In this document: positions 14,766 through 27,036 of the stretch, one piece after another | Layout: each line of letters starts with the position of its first letter | Numbering within the stretch: the stretch's first letter is position 1 | Source of the DNA: Botryllus schlosseri | Lineage: Eukaryota | Length of the DNA stretch: 64,000 bases | Assembly (NCBI GenBank): GCA_051294905.1 | Contig: CM119371.1 | Coordinates: 1 to 64,000, forward strand | Direction: 5' to 3' | The notes under the pieces: model-generated | Seen by the model: only the letters and a program-made list of their open reading frames with translations | What the model was told of the DNA's origin: nothing | Databases searched by the model: none | Position numbers and translations under genes: made by a program

Positions 14766-14850
14766 CCCACTTCGTTCTGCATTCTGATTGGCTAACAGAT
14801 GTCACGTGATCAAATACTCGACGGTGATTGGGGCGCGTATAAACCCTGTG
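14760..14850 (-). promoter_or_regulatory. Terminal motif cluster: two CCAAT boxes, E-box CACGTG, GGGTGTGG box
   Basis: The plus strand has CCACACCC (14761), GATTGG (~14786 and ~14826) and TCACGTGA (~14802). Function is inferred. Confidence 0.45.
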
Positions 14851-14862
14851 TATAATACTACT

Positions 14863-15173
14863 GTCCTGCTTCTTGATCGGTAGGTCGTGGGTTCGATTCC
14901 CGGCCGGGGTCAGACCAAAGACCTGATTAGTAACACTGGTATCCATGGCTTCCCTGCTTGGCGCTCATGCATTAGGCTACTGGGATAGCATGGAGGGGTG
15001 GTGCATGACTTAGAAAGCTGTAAAGGCTATATCTGCACTTCCTTGTCCAGCGGCATATGCACATCATGTACTCATGGTATGCATATGCGCAGATCGCGTG
15101 TATGTGTATCATGAGTCGGTGTATATGCCGCAAAAACATCAAGGACAAAAATAAACTACGTCCTTTCCTTTCC
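14863..15173 (+). mobile_element. tRNA-derived SINE (MetaSINE-like core from memory) missing its 5' A-box
   Basis: B-box GGTTCGATTCCC, then GGGTCAGACCAAAGAC...CTTCCCTGCTTGGCGCTCATGCATTA, and a 3' (CCTTT)n tail. Confidence 0.75.
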
Positions 15174-15174
15174 T

Positions 15175-17130
15175 AGCTAACGCGCTTGACATGGGTTTGT
15201 CAGTAGGGCTGGGCAAAATCGAGTACCTGAGTGATTCGATTCTGAATCACGTAATATGCTTCGAGTCGAGTCGAGTAATCGAGTACCAACAATTATGACG
15301 TCATAACAGAATGTAATGCGTCAAAGTTCAAATATGTACCGTTTATGCCACCACAAATAATATAATGCCTGTTATCCATCTCATAAATGATACTTTGGTA
15401 TTTTTCGGACCATATCGATTTCATTCCACTTGGTGACAATGTTGTGAGATTATCATGACTTCGTAAATGTGCTATACGTCCAGTAACCTTCGTAGGTTTG
15501 TACTATATGTTTCGTATGCTACGATACCCCCAATCAAGGTTTCAAGGTTTCAACAGTGAAAATTAGTATCGAAACTATAATTCTCATAGATAAATTAACT
15601 TTCAGCGGCCAGAAGCGCAAAATTTCAGTACTCGAAAAGTACTGTTCAGTACTACTCGACTCGAATCATTAAAATTAACACTCGATTCAGATTTGAGTAC
15701 TCGAATCATTGTGCCCAGCCCTAGTTGTCAGCAAATGGCTTGAAAGCCACAATTTTACGGTGAAATTAACATATATAAAATATAAAATAAAGTAAATATT
15801 TGAATGCAAACCAAAAATCTTAGTAAACTGTTTCATGAGATCATCATCTCATCACCTATCTCAGTAAGAAACACACAGTTAAAATTAGCACAGACCAACA
15901 CCGGCTTTTGCGTAATATCCGCAATGCGGTGGTCAGCGTTAGGCCTACCATACTCGAACTCGATAATGATATTACTGCCCTAATCCTTGAGTGTCAACCT
16001 CGGGACTTGGCACAGCGATCGATACTGAAATCAAGATATACCGTCCAAAATCTCAGGACCGATATAGGTATGGAGTATTATTATTATTATTATAGATGGT
16101 AAAAAGGGAAGTGGCGCATATCACCGATAAAGGTCTGGTGCACCACGTGCAAGGTTAATCGTAAAGAATAATCAATTCAGGACAAATACAAATGAAAAGG
16201 CTGAGAAAATCATAGCAATACGTTACAAGAATCCACGAATTCGATGACCACCGTAAAAAGTAGCGGGTTAACTAAAAGGTTATAAGTACTGAACGCAAGA
16301 TGTAGTCCCTCACAATACTGTTTTACCGTGCGTCTATGGTGAGCGTATTTACAGCAAATCGATAGAGACCAATACCGGCATTGCGTAAAATCTATTGGTG
16401 ATAAATGGCGAGTCAGCTCTCACTCGACTTGGGAAACGAAATTACCACCCACATACTTCAGTGATAAGCATAAAAGTTGGTACGGTGCTGGATACGAACA
16501 CGAAGAATACCTATGCCAAATATTATGACCGATCTCGGTATGGAATATCGTCAAAATCAATGGAGACCAATACCCGCTTTTGAGTAAAATCTGTTTGCGA
16601 TACATGACGGATCAGCACACAGTTAACCCTGAAACTTGGAGCAGTGTTAAATACGATCGTCACGACATAACAACCCAAGTTTAAAGAATTATCATCGTGC
16701 GAAACATCGTCAAAATCGACCTATACCAGCAAAGGTCGACTCAACGCATATGACGGAAACCGAGCTCAGATATAGATACGATTGTTACATCACACCTTAG
16801 GGGCAACCAGGCAAGGTTGCCCCACTAGCTCGGTAATTTTCTTTATTGTGCGCGTCTTTGAGAGAACAGACAGTGAAAGCTTGTTATGAGCGCTAACGGG
16901 GCAAGCCCCGGCTAGGCATTCACAAAGAGAAAACACGGAAGAGAATTCGATTTTCGCAGAGACTTCGCTAGGTATGGGCATTTACAAGCGAAAGCATAAG
17001 AATAATGCGGGTTCCGCTGTGATTTCGGTATATATTGACTTCTGTACGCCTATAGATGGTATATAGGTGTTATTGAACAGAATTTTAGGAGAGCAATGCC
17101 GCAGTTGCCCTATAGGACGAGCCACCACTG
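15175..17130 (-). repeat. Dispersed repeat with an internal ~190-bp tandem array; inverted homolog at 45529-46760
   Basis: Collinear similarity, e.g. GATATAGATAC.ATTGTTACATCACACCTTAGGGGCAACC. Both copies end in CAGTGG(C/T)GGCTCGTCCTATAGGGCAACTG. The unit motif ACCAATACCGGCTTT.GCGTAAAAT is repeated. Confidence 0.8.
15204..15723 (+). mobile_element. hAT-type MITE (second copy 47271-47758)
   Basis: TIR TAGGGCTGGGCA/TGCCCAGCCCTA; 8-bp TSD tttgtcag/gttgtcag; TCGAGT subterminal repeats. Confidence 0.9.
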
Positions 17131-17564
17131 GAAAAAATCTACCGTTTCCCTCCCATTTTCGACTCGTACATTTTGACATCGTATGTGCACCTACAATCTA
17201 CATCTTATCCGAGTCGGAGGGAAAGCTTTACATAGCGTACGTATATTTCGATAGCATGAATATAATTTTGAATATATGGACATGACAAATATAACTAAAC
17301 TGTATTCATTAATTCTACAATTTTCCAAACAGCTCTGTGGCCCACCTCGAATTACTGATGTGGCCTACCGCAGTGGGCCATGGCCTACCCATTGGGAACC
17401 CCGGACTATGTATATAGGTATGCACTGAACCTAAAGTAGCCTACATCAGTGCTCTTCAACCTTTTTCGTCGTGGCACACCCTTTTAACATTTTCTCGAAA
17501 CTCTTACATCCCTGTCCATATAACACACCGATAACACAGAAATCCGCATTTCGATTGCATATAG

Positions 17565-19023
17565 CAGGGGTTCTCAACTTCCCTTGTATAGCGGGCCGCA
17601 TTTTAACAGCAAAAGACGCTGCGGGACGCAGAACATTATTTCCATGTATTCGTGGGCTATTATTAAATTTAGGCTACTGTAGCATATTTACCAGTCGTAT
17701 ACGGGCGTGTAGTACATTTTATGCATTCTAAAGCAATAATGGACAGAATTCGTATGTTTGCAGGTTTCTTTTTGTGAGAATATTATCTTGCAGCGGCGCA
17801 AGTATATCCCATCATTGAGCGTGAATTGCATTAGTTGCCAAGTCGGTATATGCACCTTCAAACCCTTCCACCAGAGAACCGAAGTCTCTGTTTCAATATG
17901 TGGGCGAGCAAGTATAAAATTACGGTCACTTTTGCTACAGAGGCCATTATCACTTTGAGCTCCCAGTGACATGAGCAGAAGTGTAGCGTTCGGGTCATTT
18001 CTGAACAAACCAATCAACCCTACTCCTCTCTTTCCATGGAAGGAGTCCTGTGCCAATACAGATAGAATTGAGCTTTTTTAAGTTGATGTTTTCCGCTGGT
18101 CCCTCCCTACCCGCGTTTGCCCTGCCAGCATTTCCACTCTGATAAAAAGCATCCAGATAATTGATTAGCTATGTAATGTCTGTGGAGTCAGAGGATTCGT
18201 CCGATGCTAGGCTAATATAGTCTAAGCGTCAACGTATTTCAGAATATGCGATGAAAGATCGACTGAGATTGCTGTTACTCTTCTGGTCACGGTTGAATCA
18301 GACAACTGCAGCTTCAAAATTTGTCAGGTGATGTTGTCCTTGCTGTTAAGTTCCGGAAGCAGTGAATATTCACACAGTATATTAAAGTTTTACTGAAATC
18401 ACACTTTCTCTGGCAAATGTCATGGGTTTAGCGATATTCGAAGCAAATCTGAACTATGTGTCTGTAACATCGTCGACAATTTCAATAATGCCGCGGAATA
18501 TAGATTGGTAGGATCGACACCTAGCTAGCAATGTTTTTTCTAACGTTAGGCGATACGTATAACTTCAGAAGAAAGTGTCGTGGTATAATTTGAAGCTTCT
18601 ACGCTTCGTTACGAAAACTGTTATTCGACAAATATGTCACATCGGTTTTCCATTTATATCAAAAAAATTAAAATTGATTGTTCCGCACAGAGTTACAAAC
18701 CCAGATCCCGCCGCTTAATTTCCCGAACCTTGTTCTTGTATTTGAGTTAAACACTCTTTAAAAGTGTACTACACAACGGAATTCTCTTGAACCATAGTCC
18801 AGCGGAATACCGATCCAAAACAATAACAATCTACAGTCGAGCATAGATCAAGAAACCAGAACACATCAAAGAATGAGTAATAAAACGAGACATAAACGGC
18901 GCGATAAGAGATCCAAGTAGCTAAATTAATATGTAACATCGTGTCAGTAGCAATTGCGTTTATAATGAACGATGTCTTTGGCCGCAAAATAATCGTCTGC
19001 GGGCCGCGGGTTGAGAACCCCTG
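17565..19023 (-). mobile_element. hAT Buster/Charlie-type element with a decayed transposase
   Basis: TIR CAGGGGTTCTCAAC; TSD gcatatag/acatatat. The minus strand near 18150-18320 translates LQLSDSTVTRRVTAISVDL...YISLASDESSDSTDIT, a GTF2IRD2/Buster-like first catalytic D region, with stops. Confidence 0.85.
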
Positions 19024-19574
19024 ACATATATAATACTTTCGCATTCCAACGGGGAGTCGCCATGGACCACAAATGTTCAAATGAAATTTGCTACTGGGAT
19101 CTTAACACCACGGAGAGACCTTGCGGTGTTTCGTGCATTCACCTATTTATTTAGATACGCCTTGTGTAAATTTTCTTATTGTAGAAGCAAAACAGGCATA
19201 CACTATATAATATATGTACCAAAATCGCGAGTATAAATGCCAAGAAAAGATACTAGAATTACGTGTGTAGTCGCGCGGAGAGCGAAATTTTTTTCCTGTT
19301 AATGGATTTCGTCGAAAATAACGGTAGCCTCACATATTACTGATAAAAATTTATCCATTCTCAGCTCACGTGATCAGATTAACCCGTAGACCTGATAGAG
19401 GGATGACTTCGAAAATTTTGGGCACAAAATTAATGAGGATGCATATTCCGGTTTTTATTAATCGCTTTGTTGCATGTTGTTATTTCTTGGCCACCCATCA
19501 GGATCTTTTGTATTGTTATTATTATTAATATTATTTTTATTACACGTCAATGACAGTGGCACTAATCGCCAGTT

Positions 19575-20212
19575 TAGCATTTGTGCTCCACGACAGTGCA
19601 TTTCGTAAAGTTAGGATTGTTTTCACCACAAAATCTCTCTTTCCTGCCACACAGAAGGATGTACTACCAGCCACAAAACAGAGTAGTATCATTTACAATT
19701 ATGCGTGCCACTGCGACAGTCGGTATGTGGGTCGTACTTCACTTCGTTTGCAACAAAGAATCAACCAACATGGGCCCAAGCAGATTAGAAAACCTGTCGT
19801 CAATGCTATTTCAGACAGTCAATCGCAGACCAGTAACCCTTTCTTTCGCGACTATGACCAGACCATGGCATGTAACTCTGCAATAAGTCAGCACCTTCTT
19901 ACGCATTAAGACTGATGTGCAAAATCGTATAACGATAAAAGATTTTCAATTTTTGCTCGTGGACGTATAGTCTGTTCCACTTAAAGGTTATCGAATCGAC
20001 TATAATAAAACTCGAGCAACCGATTCTTTGTCGGCAAAAGGACCGACTCTATTCTCTCCGTGTATTTCATTAGTGTTGCGTCTCTGGCTATATATGATAG
20101 CTTTTAGCTTTTTATGATAGCCTATTTCATCTTTACATTTTGAATTACAATATCCGTATTATAATGACGGCCACTACCGATGAGGGTCAGTTGAAAAGCT
20201 TATAGTGAATAA
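19575..20212 (+). mobile_element. 3' fragment of a Penelope-like retroelement: GIY-YIG endonuclease pseudogene plus 3' terminus
   Basis: Translation SSIIYNYACHCDSRYVGRTSLRLQQRINQH...SAISQHL, then a frameshifted LKVIESTIIKLEQPILCRQK, followed by a hammerhead-like motif and AATAAA. Confidence 0.85.
20172..20206 (+). ncRNA. Degenerate minimal type I hammerhead ribozyme
   Basis: CACTA-CCGATGA-GGGTCAGTT-GAAA-GCT-TA-TAGTG: stem I CACTA/TAGTG, palindromic AAGCTT stem III. The core has C for U and stem II is broken. Confidence 0.6.
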
Positions 20213-20239
20213 ATTGCGAATACGAATGTGTTGTTCGTT

Positions 20240-20523
20240 GCAAAGTTCAGTGTATATGCTTTGGGGAATGAGGACGACTTTCGCTTGCACACGCACTCCC
20301 ACTCTTCACTCTTTCTCTCCCGCTTACGTGCGTACACTTCCAGGACTCTGCTGACGACTTTAGAGCTCAGCCCACTCTTCCTCTGGGCTTTTCAAGACGC
20401 TACGTTAGAAGTGGGGTCGGCCATAAGGAGCCCAGATAAACCTCCGACACATAGAAACATGGCAGAGCCGAGACTAAAACCAGCAACAATTGGTTGCATA
20501 ATGACGGCCACCCGCACACGCTA
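20240..20523 (-). mobile_element. Diverged SINE related to 38267-38550
   Basis: Reverse complement shares ATGTGTCGGAGGTT(T)ATCTGGGCTCCT and TTGAAAAGCCCAG with the 38.3-kb copy. Confidence 0.65.
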
Positions 20524-20541
20524 ATTTGAATATGCGTAGAG

Positions 20542-21403
20542 CAGTGGTTCTCAACCTTTTTTTTTATCTCCGCGGACCCCTTTGGACCCTCACGGACCAC
20601 CGCGGACCTCCAAGATTTTTGTTCAAATTTGGTCCAATTATCGTGCGACCATCATCTTTCTAGTGCAAATATTACCTGCAGTTATAAACAGCAACAAAAT
20701 GACTTTTCTTGATAATAAAATAACACTATTTATGTAGAAATTGGGCAGACCTATATTATTTCAAAGTGAATTCTGCAGCTGCATTTCTTTAATACGTGAT
20801 CGTGTCTTGAAATTCCTCGCCTTCGATTTGATACGGACGAGTTCCAAAAATCTATTTCCACAAAGATTGGTGGCGGCGAATATAATATTAACGAGCAACG
20901 AAGCCAATGGCACCTTTGGGTATGATGGCAACATCTAAGGCAATGCTACCAAAATAGCGAAACAGATTTTTAATGAGCATATAGTGTCCAGTCTAGAAAT
21001 TTCGGCGCTTCTTCTATATATCAGCTTATATTCAAGTTATTCTGGAATACGGGTTGTGTATATCACGGGGGAAATTGATCTTTGAAAACATTTTGCAGTC
21101 ACCTGTCACCCTGAGTGACCCTACTACTTCAACTTCCATTTTTTTCCCAAACCCAAATAAAACATAACTAAACAATAATATGTTTGTATCAGTAGGCTAT
21201 TGGCAATTAAAATTAGGTTCCAAAGTAGGATATATCATCTGTTGATGTGGATCATAAAGTTTTAGCCGTAATAAAGCACAAACTGTCTCGTGATGCGCCT
21301 AATAAAGGAAAAATAAAAAAATAGTTTATCAACCATTTTGCAAATTTAGAGGTTTCGCGGACCCCCTGGAAATGCTTCGCGAACCTCCGGTTTAGAACCA
21401 CTG
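20542..21403 (+). mobile_element. hAT MITE
   Basis: TIR CAGTGGTTCT/AGAACCACTG; CGCGGACCC subterminal motifs; TSD gcgtagag/gtgtagac. Confidence 0.85.
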
Positions 21404-21411
21404 GTGTAGAC

Positions 21412-22273
21412 CAGTGGTTCCCAAACTTTTTCGGTGTGAGGGCTAAATTTAGAATTTCAGAGTACGGTCGGGGCCGCACGAATACTACGGCTATGAAACG
21501 GACCCAAACAATCATCATGGCTATTTCGGAGTAGTTTTATTGCCCTGACGAGATTTCAAAACTGTACACTGTTTACCGCTACTTATCTGCTACATTGGGT
21601 GTCCGTTGAGTACTCACGTGATTCACGTGAATCAGCTTTTCTCGCCTAAACGCGCGAAGCGCGAGAAATTTCTTTAGTTTCATGACTGAATCGGTCAATA
21701 TGATCGGGAATTGCATGCATTATTGCTATCAATTTTCATCCTGTCTCTGTTCACGTAATCTGATTTACTGGTAGAGCTTAGTGAGGTGTGTTTGAAAAGG
21801 TATAGGCCCCCTCAATAGTAATTAAACATCTCCGGGGTATACCCGTTGGCAGGAACGTAACAGCACTTCGTCAGGACCCCGGGCTCCCATAGGGTGATAT
21901 ACTGACCCCGCATCACGTTGTTCGCTTTTTCCACGAAATTAAAGTTGTACTGTTTAGTGAGACAGCGCGACTCATGAATATTTCGATATTTTTCCATGAT
22001 TTTCCTCCTGTTTAAAAAGTTATCAATACCTATTTATATCTATAGCTACTGCTCGTTCAACTGTAAAGTTAGGGCACATTGCGTTGAAACAGCAGTGACG
22101 TAACGTTAGCAGTCTATACTCACAACTTTCCTGCAATTCTATAATTAAAAACTACAGAGGCCAAGCCAAGCCATAGTATTTTATAAATATATATATTTTT
22201 TCATAAATCGATTTCTGAATATATTTTGGGGGCCGCAAGTAGGCTATCTGGGGGCCGCACTTGGGAATCACTG
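21412..22273 (+). mobile_element. hAT MITE, short form of the element at 28989-31001
   Basis: TIR CAGTGGTTCCCAA/TTGGGAATCACTG; perfect TSD gtgtagac. Confidence 0.9.
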
Positions 22274-23264
22274 GTGTAGACGGTCGGAAAATTATGGTTA
22301 TACGGCTGAATCTGGCCGTACGTCCGCAGGTTGAGCACCCTGGGCCAAACCGAAATAAGATGAACATTTGACCAAGGCGGCAACGTATAGGAAATGCTAA
22401 ATACGAATCAGGGCTCGAGGTTAATGGACCATCAACTAACGCAGTGGTTCACAAACTCGACACCCTGGCTGTGCATTGTGCGCAATCATGTATTCTACGC
22501 TATTTGTAAGCTTGCCGCAGGTAACACCAATTCAAAATGTCTGAGCGATAGCGGTGGTTGCCTCGAGAATCATTACACAGATATCGCAAGCTGAAGATGA
22601 ACACATTGTAACTCAACAATGTTCTACCTACTACAAAAGGAACTAATAAGTCCATTACCAAGGGTTCAATGATGAGAAACATTTGCTTATGACATCACAT
22701 TTTACGATATTACACATCCAGTCAACCTGTTCTGAAGCATAAACTGGTGTATTTATTGTGATAGCTTTAGTCATCGTCTCATCGGTTCATTACAATGTGT
22801 ATCTAGTACACCCCTGTACACCCCATCTGAGTGGTACACCCTTTAAAAATTATGGTACACCCTGGAGTGTTCGAAACACCCGGTTGAAGAGCACTGGCCT
22901 ACATCATAGCATGTTTTACTTAAAGTCGCGATTGATATATAATGGGTTTTGTGGTGGAATGTACGGAGTTGCGGGACAAGATTTAGCATAGTATATCTTG
23001 TTTATATCAGCTAACGACTTGTCATTTTACAAGCCAGTCACTCAATGAATCGTGTTATTTTGAGCTATGAAAATCGACTATATAGGACATACACTGTAAA
23101 AATTATTCTTGTAAAATTGCTTGTAACGAGCTTGTAAAGGCTCGATGCAAGCTCGAGGCAGCTTGTAACTGCAAAATGCAAGCACATAACAAGCTGTCAT
23201 AGGACGGTGCTTGTAAATTGTGCTTGTAAATTGTTTTTATTTTGTGCAAGAAGAATTAACAAAC

Positions 23265-24190
23265 GCAGCAGTCCGAACTCACTCAAGACTCGTGACAGAC
23301 ACGATGACATGCCAGACACAATAACACACCCCAGACATGCCCAGACACGATGTCCGAGTGTCAACACAGTCCGCATACATCCCCCGACATGCCCCAGACA
23401 TGTCCCAGATATGATGTGCGTTCGACAACGCAGTTCGAACCCACTCCAGACATGCCTCAGACATGATGTCCGAGTGTCAACGCAGTTCGAACGCACCCCA
23501 GACATGTCCCAGACATCCTGTTAGAGTGTCAACACAGTTCGAACTCACACCTCTGACATGATGTTTGATTGGCAACGAAGTCCGAACCTTTCTCCAGACA
23601 TGCTTCAGACATGATGTCCGAGCGTCAATACAGGCCCAACACACCCCATACATGCCCTAGACATGTCCCAGACATGATGTTCAAGTGTCATAACGCAGCA
23701 CGGACACATCCCCAACATGATGTTCGATAGCCAACACGGTCTGAACCTATTCATGCATCAGCTATGATGTCTGAGTGTCAACGAAGTTCGAACCCCCCCC
23801 CCCCACCCGACATGGTGCGCTGACATGTCCCGGACACGATGTTCGAGTGTAAACCACGGTCCGAATACACCCTGACATGATGCGTGATTGACAACGTGTT
23901 CCGAACTTATCTCCAGACATGCCTCAGACATAATGTCCGAGTGTCAATATAGGCCGAACACACCCCAGACATGCCCTAAATATGTCCCAAGGATGATGCT
24001 CAAGTGTCATCACGCAGTCCGAACACATCCCTAACATGAAGTTCGATAGACAACGCAGTCCGAACTTACTCCAGTCATGCCTCGGACATGATGTCCGAGT
24101 GTTAACACAGTTCGAGCACACCCCTGACAAGCCCCTAGATATGATGTGTGAGTTGAAACGCTGTTCAAACACACCCAGGCATCATATCTG
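23265..24190. repeat. Minisatellite inside the EnSpm element
   Basis: Repeated AGACATG, GATGTCCGAGTGTCAA and GTCCGAAC motifs at irregular ~120-170 bp spacing. These explain the spurious ORFs here. Confidence 0.9.
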
Positions 24191-25232
24191 GCGACAGGAA
24201 AATGCACAAGACACACAATACGGTGCGATTACAATGTTGTTATTTTTCATTATCATCTTTATGTTCATTATATTTCAATATGAACTCCCGCATTCTGTTT
24301 GTACAAATATATCACTGAGCGTTTCGGTTGAGCGATTTAGCAAAAAGGCGCGAGAACAAGACGAGGAAGGATTTGGATTTCGATTTGAAAGAATTGCAAT
24401 TAATGATTTTTATCTGATTCAAGAACAATGGATATCGATTTTAGCTTAACTTTAAGATGAATATATGTAGAAATGGGCTTGAAATGACTCATAACTTTAC
24501 ATTCCAATGTGTTATTTGGATCAAATGCCTACTTTTTTCTGATTTGGACTTGGATTAGAATCTCGAATTCCGAACAGGATTTGGATTTTACAATATTATA
24601 GCTGATCATCTCGGCGCGAATGGCGATCCAACCAGTTTTGCGGTGGTGCACGTTTCTTTCGTGTTGGTAAATAATTGATCAATCTTTGTGATTTGATGTA
24701 TTTCAGGTTATTGAAATAGTCTTGGTTTCTATGGCTAACGTTCAAGCACAGTTGAAGTTGAAGGTGGCCTATGGTGACCGTTCAAAAGTGTTTAGAGTAA
24801 ACTCTGTATCAGAAGTGAAACTGCTGTATTACACAAATTCCCTGACAATGCCAACATTGAGAACTATGACAAAGATTTTGGCTGGGCCGAATTTGCTTGT
24901 GAAGTTGAACTACGCAGTGGCGATATGTTGGAATTTAGTGAACAGAAAAATTCAGGTAATTTAGTGTTGTGGTTATACGCGCTATATAAGATTACTGATA
25001 TTTTTGTCTTGCAGAGACTTCGAAAGTGACAGATTTGCTTGGTGCTGGTGTTCGTAATTGAAATTGCACCAGTAATGTGGATGTATCATTAACTGAAGCG
25101 CAGACGAATGGTAAGGATTTTTTGCCACCGACTGTATGACGGTGTATAGCAGTGTTTCCAAATATATTCTTACATAATGTGTACGTGACATTCACAAATT
25201 CAAATTATAAACAACGCCATAGCTGTCAGTGT

Positions 25233-25516
25233 GATTAGCAGTGAACTCGGTGCTTGGTGAATTCGACCCTGCGAACTCGGCACTTGTTGAACTCGGCCCT
25301 CGGTGAATTCGGCCCTCGGGAAATTTTGTAATAAATTGTATTAACATTTATATTAATATGAATGATTAAACTACTAACATTATCATCGAGTGATTTGTCA
25401 ATGTTGTACGTCAGGGCATGCGTAGATCACGCAGTCACTGCGTGATTAGATCACACAAACAGATTGCGTAAAGTTTGTGGGGCCGAATTCACCAAGTGCC
25501 GAGTTCACTGGCAACC
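25233..25516 (+). mobile_element. MITE with long repetitive TIRs (MULE-like)
   Basis: CAGTGAACTCGG..CTTGGTGAATTCG at the left end and its reverse complement at the right end; TSD gtcagtgt on both sides. Confidence 0.75.
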
Positions 25517-27036
25517 GTCAGTGTTCATATTCTTGATTATAGTATAAGTATAGCTTTCTAGTTCCGGCGTTAAAATGTAGGCGTGTTGCGCAACGTTATC
25601 TTACCGCCGAATATTTTGAGAAGGGAGAAGTCAATCAATATTTAGATTTTTCGGAATCAGTGCGACAGTTACATTCGATTATTATATACCATTTTAAATT
25701 TATCTCCCCCGCCCAGTAGCCTTGTTTGTAGCTAGCGCTTCCTTTGTGATCCAGAATTTTGTCTCATAAGTGACATTGTAATTGCAGGAGATACGTGCAG
25801 TGGTCTGCGAAATTCAGAACGACGCGTTGATGCTTCATCAATCATGATTGATCTGGAGCCCTCTACATCTATAACTGATGTACGAGCAGCCCTCGATGCA
25901 AGTAGCCAGGAACTTCTGGTCTTCTTGCTAACGAAGTATGAAATTACTATTTTTGTGGCACATCGGTCGGGAACCACTGATTCATATCATCAATATAAAA
26001 TTTCAGGTCGGAGAATCTTCGAACAATGACGAAAGCGGGGCTGAACATAAATCATTCATATTATCGGAATCAAGTTCATCTAGCCCAGCCAAGAAAACGC
26101 TGATGAAAGCAATGAAAGCCCCTTTCAAAAGGCGTCGGTTTGACAGAAGCCTGCAACATGCAAATCGGGCAAGAAGCGATATCATAGGTTAGATTTCTGC
26201 TTGATGATAACTGATAAGGTTTCAGCTATTGGAGGGAATGAAGCTGATTAACAATGGCCTAGATCAGGGGTTCTCAGCCCTTTCTTGGCCGTGGCCCATT
26301 TTCCAGTTTGAAAATGTGCTGTGGCCCACCTGTTATCTAGAGTCATAATCCTGATCAATGCGTGGTAATCGACAGCGCCGATATGCCTATTCCTCTAAAA
26401 TATGCGCATTTTTCTATCTCTGATGATATAGACTTCCCGGGACATGAAATCGCGTCAGGCCCAACAAAAATTTTCAAGTTCCAACAAACGACCAACGAAA
26501 TAATCTTGCTCCCCAAAATAGGGGTTTAGGTGTGGTAGTTACGGCCCTGGTAAATCATAGGCTAAAACTCCTCAGTATATTATTTGCGTCCGCTGCTCCA
26601 TTTGCGTCTCGAAACACAATGATCAGATCCTAGCATCCGCTGTGTGATTGGGACTTTTGTTCCACTATTGTGGGGAATAATATCATTCTGGCCAAGCATC
26701 GAACAATTCATTGGTGAACGGGGTACTACAGAGAAGTGGAGAAAGATTATCAATATACAAGCTGTACATTGTACAATGTAAATTGTATGTCTTGTACCAA
26801 AACAACTGAAGTTGCGATGTCAGAATATTCAATCCAATGATACCATCAATTCATAAGAATTTGTGTACTTTCAGATTCTGCACATAATTGGAAGGTCGGT
26901 ATACCTGCAACGAATCCTATGGCAAATTCTTGGTTATAAACCAGGTTCGTACCAAGTACATATCGACACAGCAATACTATAAAGTTTACTTCACTGCGCT
27001 GATAATAGGCTTACAGCTAGATATGTCAGTATAAGT

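Larger units (their letters stand above)
1..14862. mobile_element. Putative non-autonomous fold-back Polinton/Maverick derivative (right end 14862, left end outside the window)
   Basis: The minus strand from 14862 reads AGTAGTATTATACACAGGG, an AGT-repeat start typical of Polinton termini. It abuts a SINE that is broken inside its tRNA head. No pPolB, integrase or capsid ORFs are visible. Confidence 0.6.
17447..22896 (+). mobile_element. Non-autonomous hAT element hosting nested insertions
   Basis: TIR CAGTGCTCTTCAACC/GGTTGAAGAGCACTG; perfect 8-bp TSD gcctacat. Confidence 0.9.

Noticed and set aside
14875..14915. tRNA gene (also at 38275 and 39040)
   Set aside because: Only A/B-box similarity is present, with no full cloverleaf, and each continues into a SINE body.
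23265..24190. Repeat array as CRISPR-like or as a repetitive protein gene
   Set aside because: Units are degenerate with no unique spacers, the context is eukaryotic with no cas genes, and the ORFs are low-complexity by-products.
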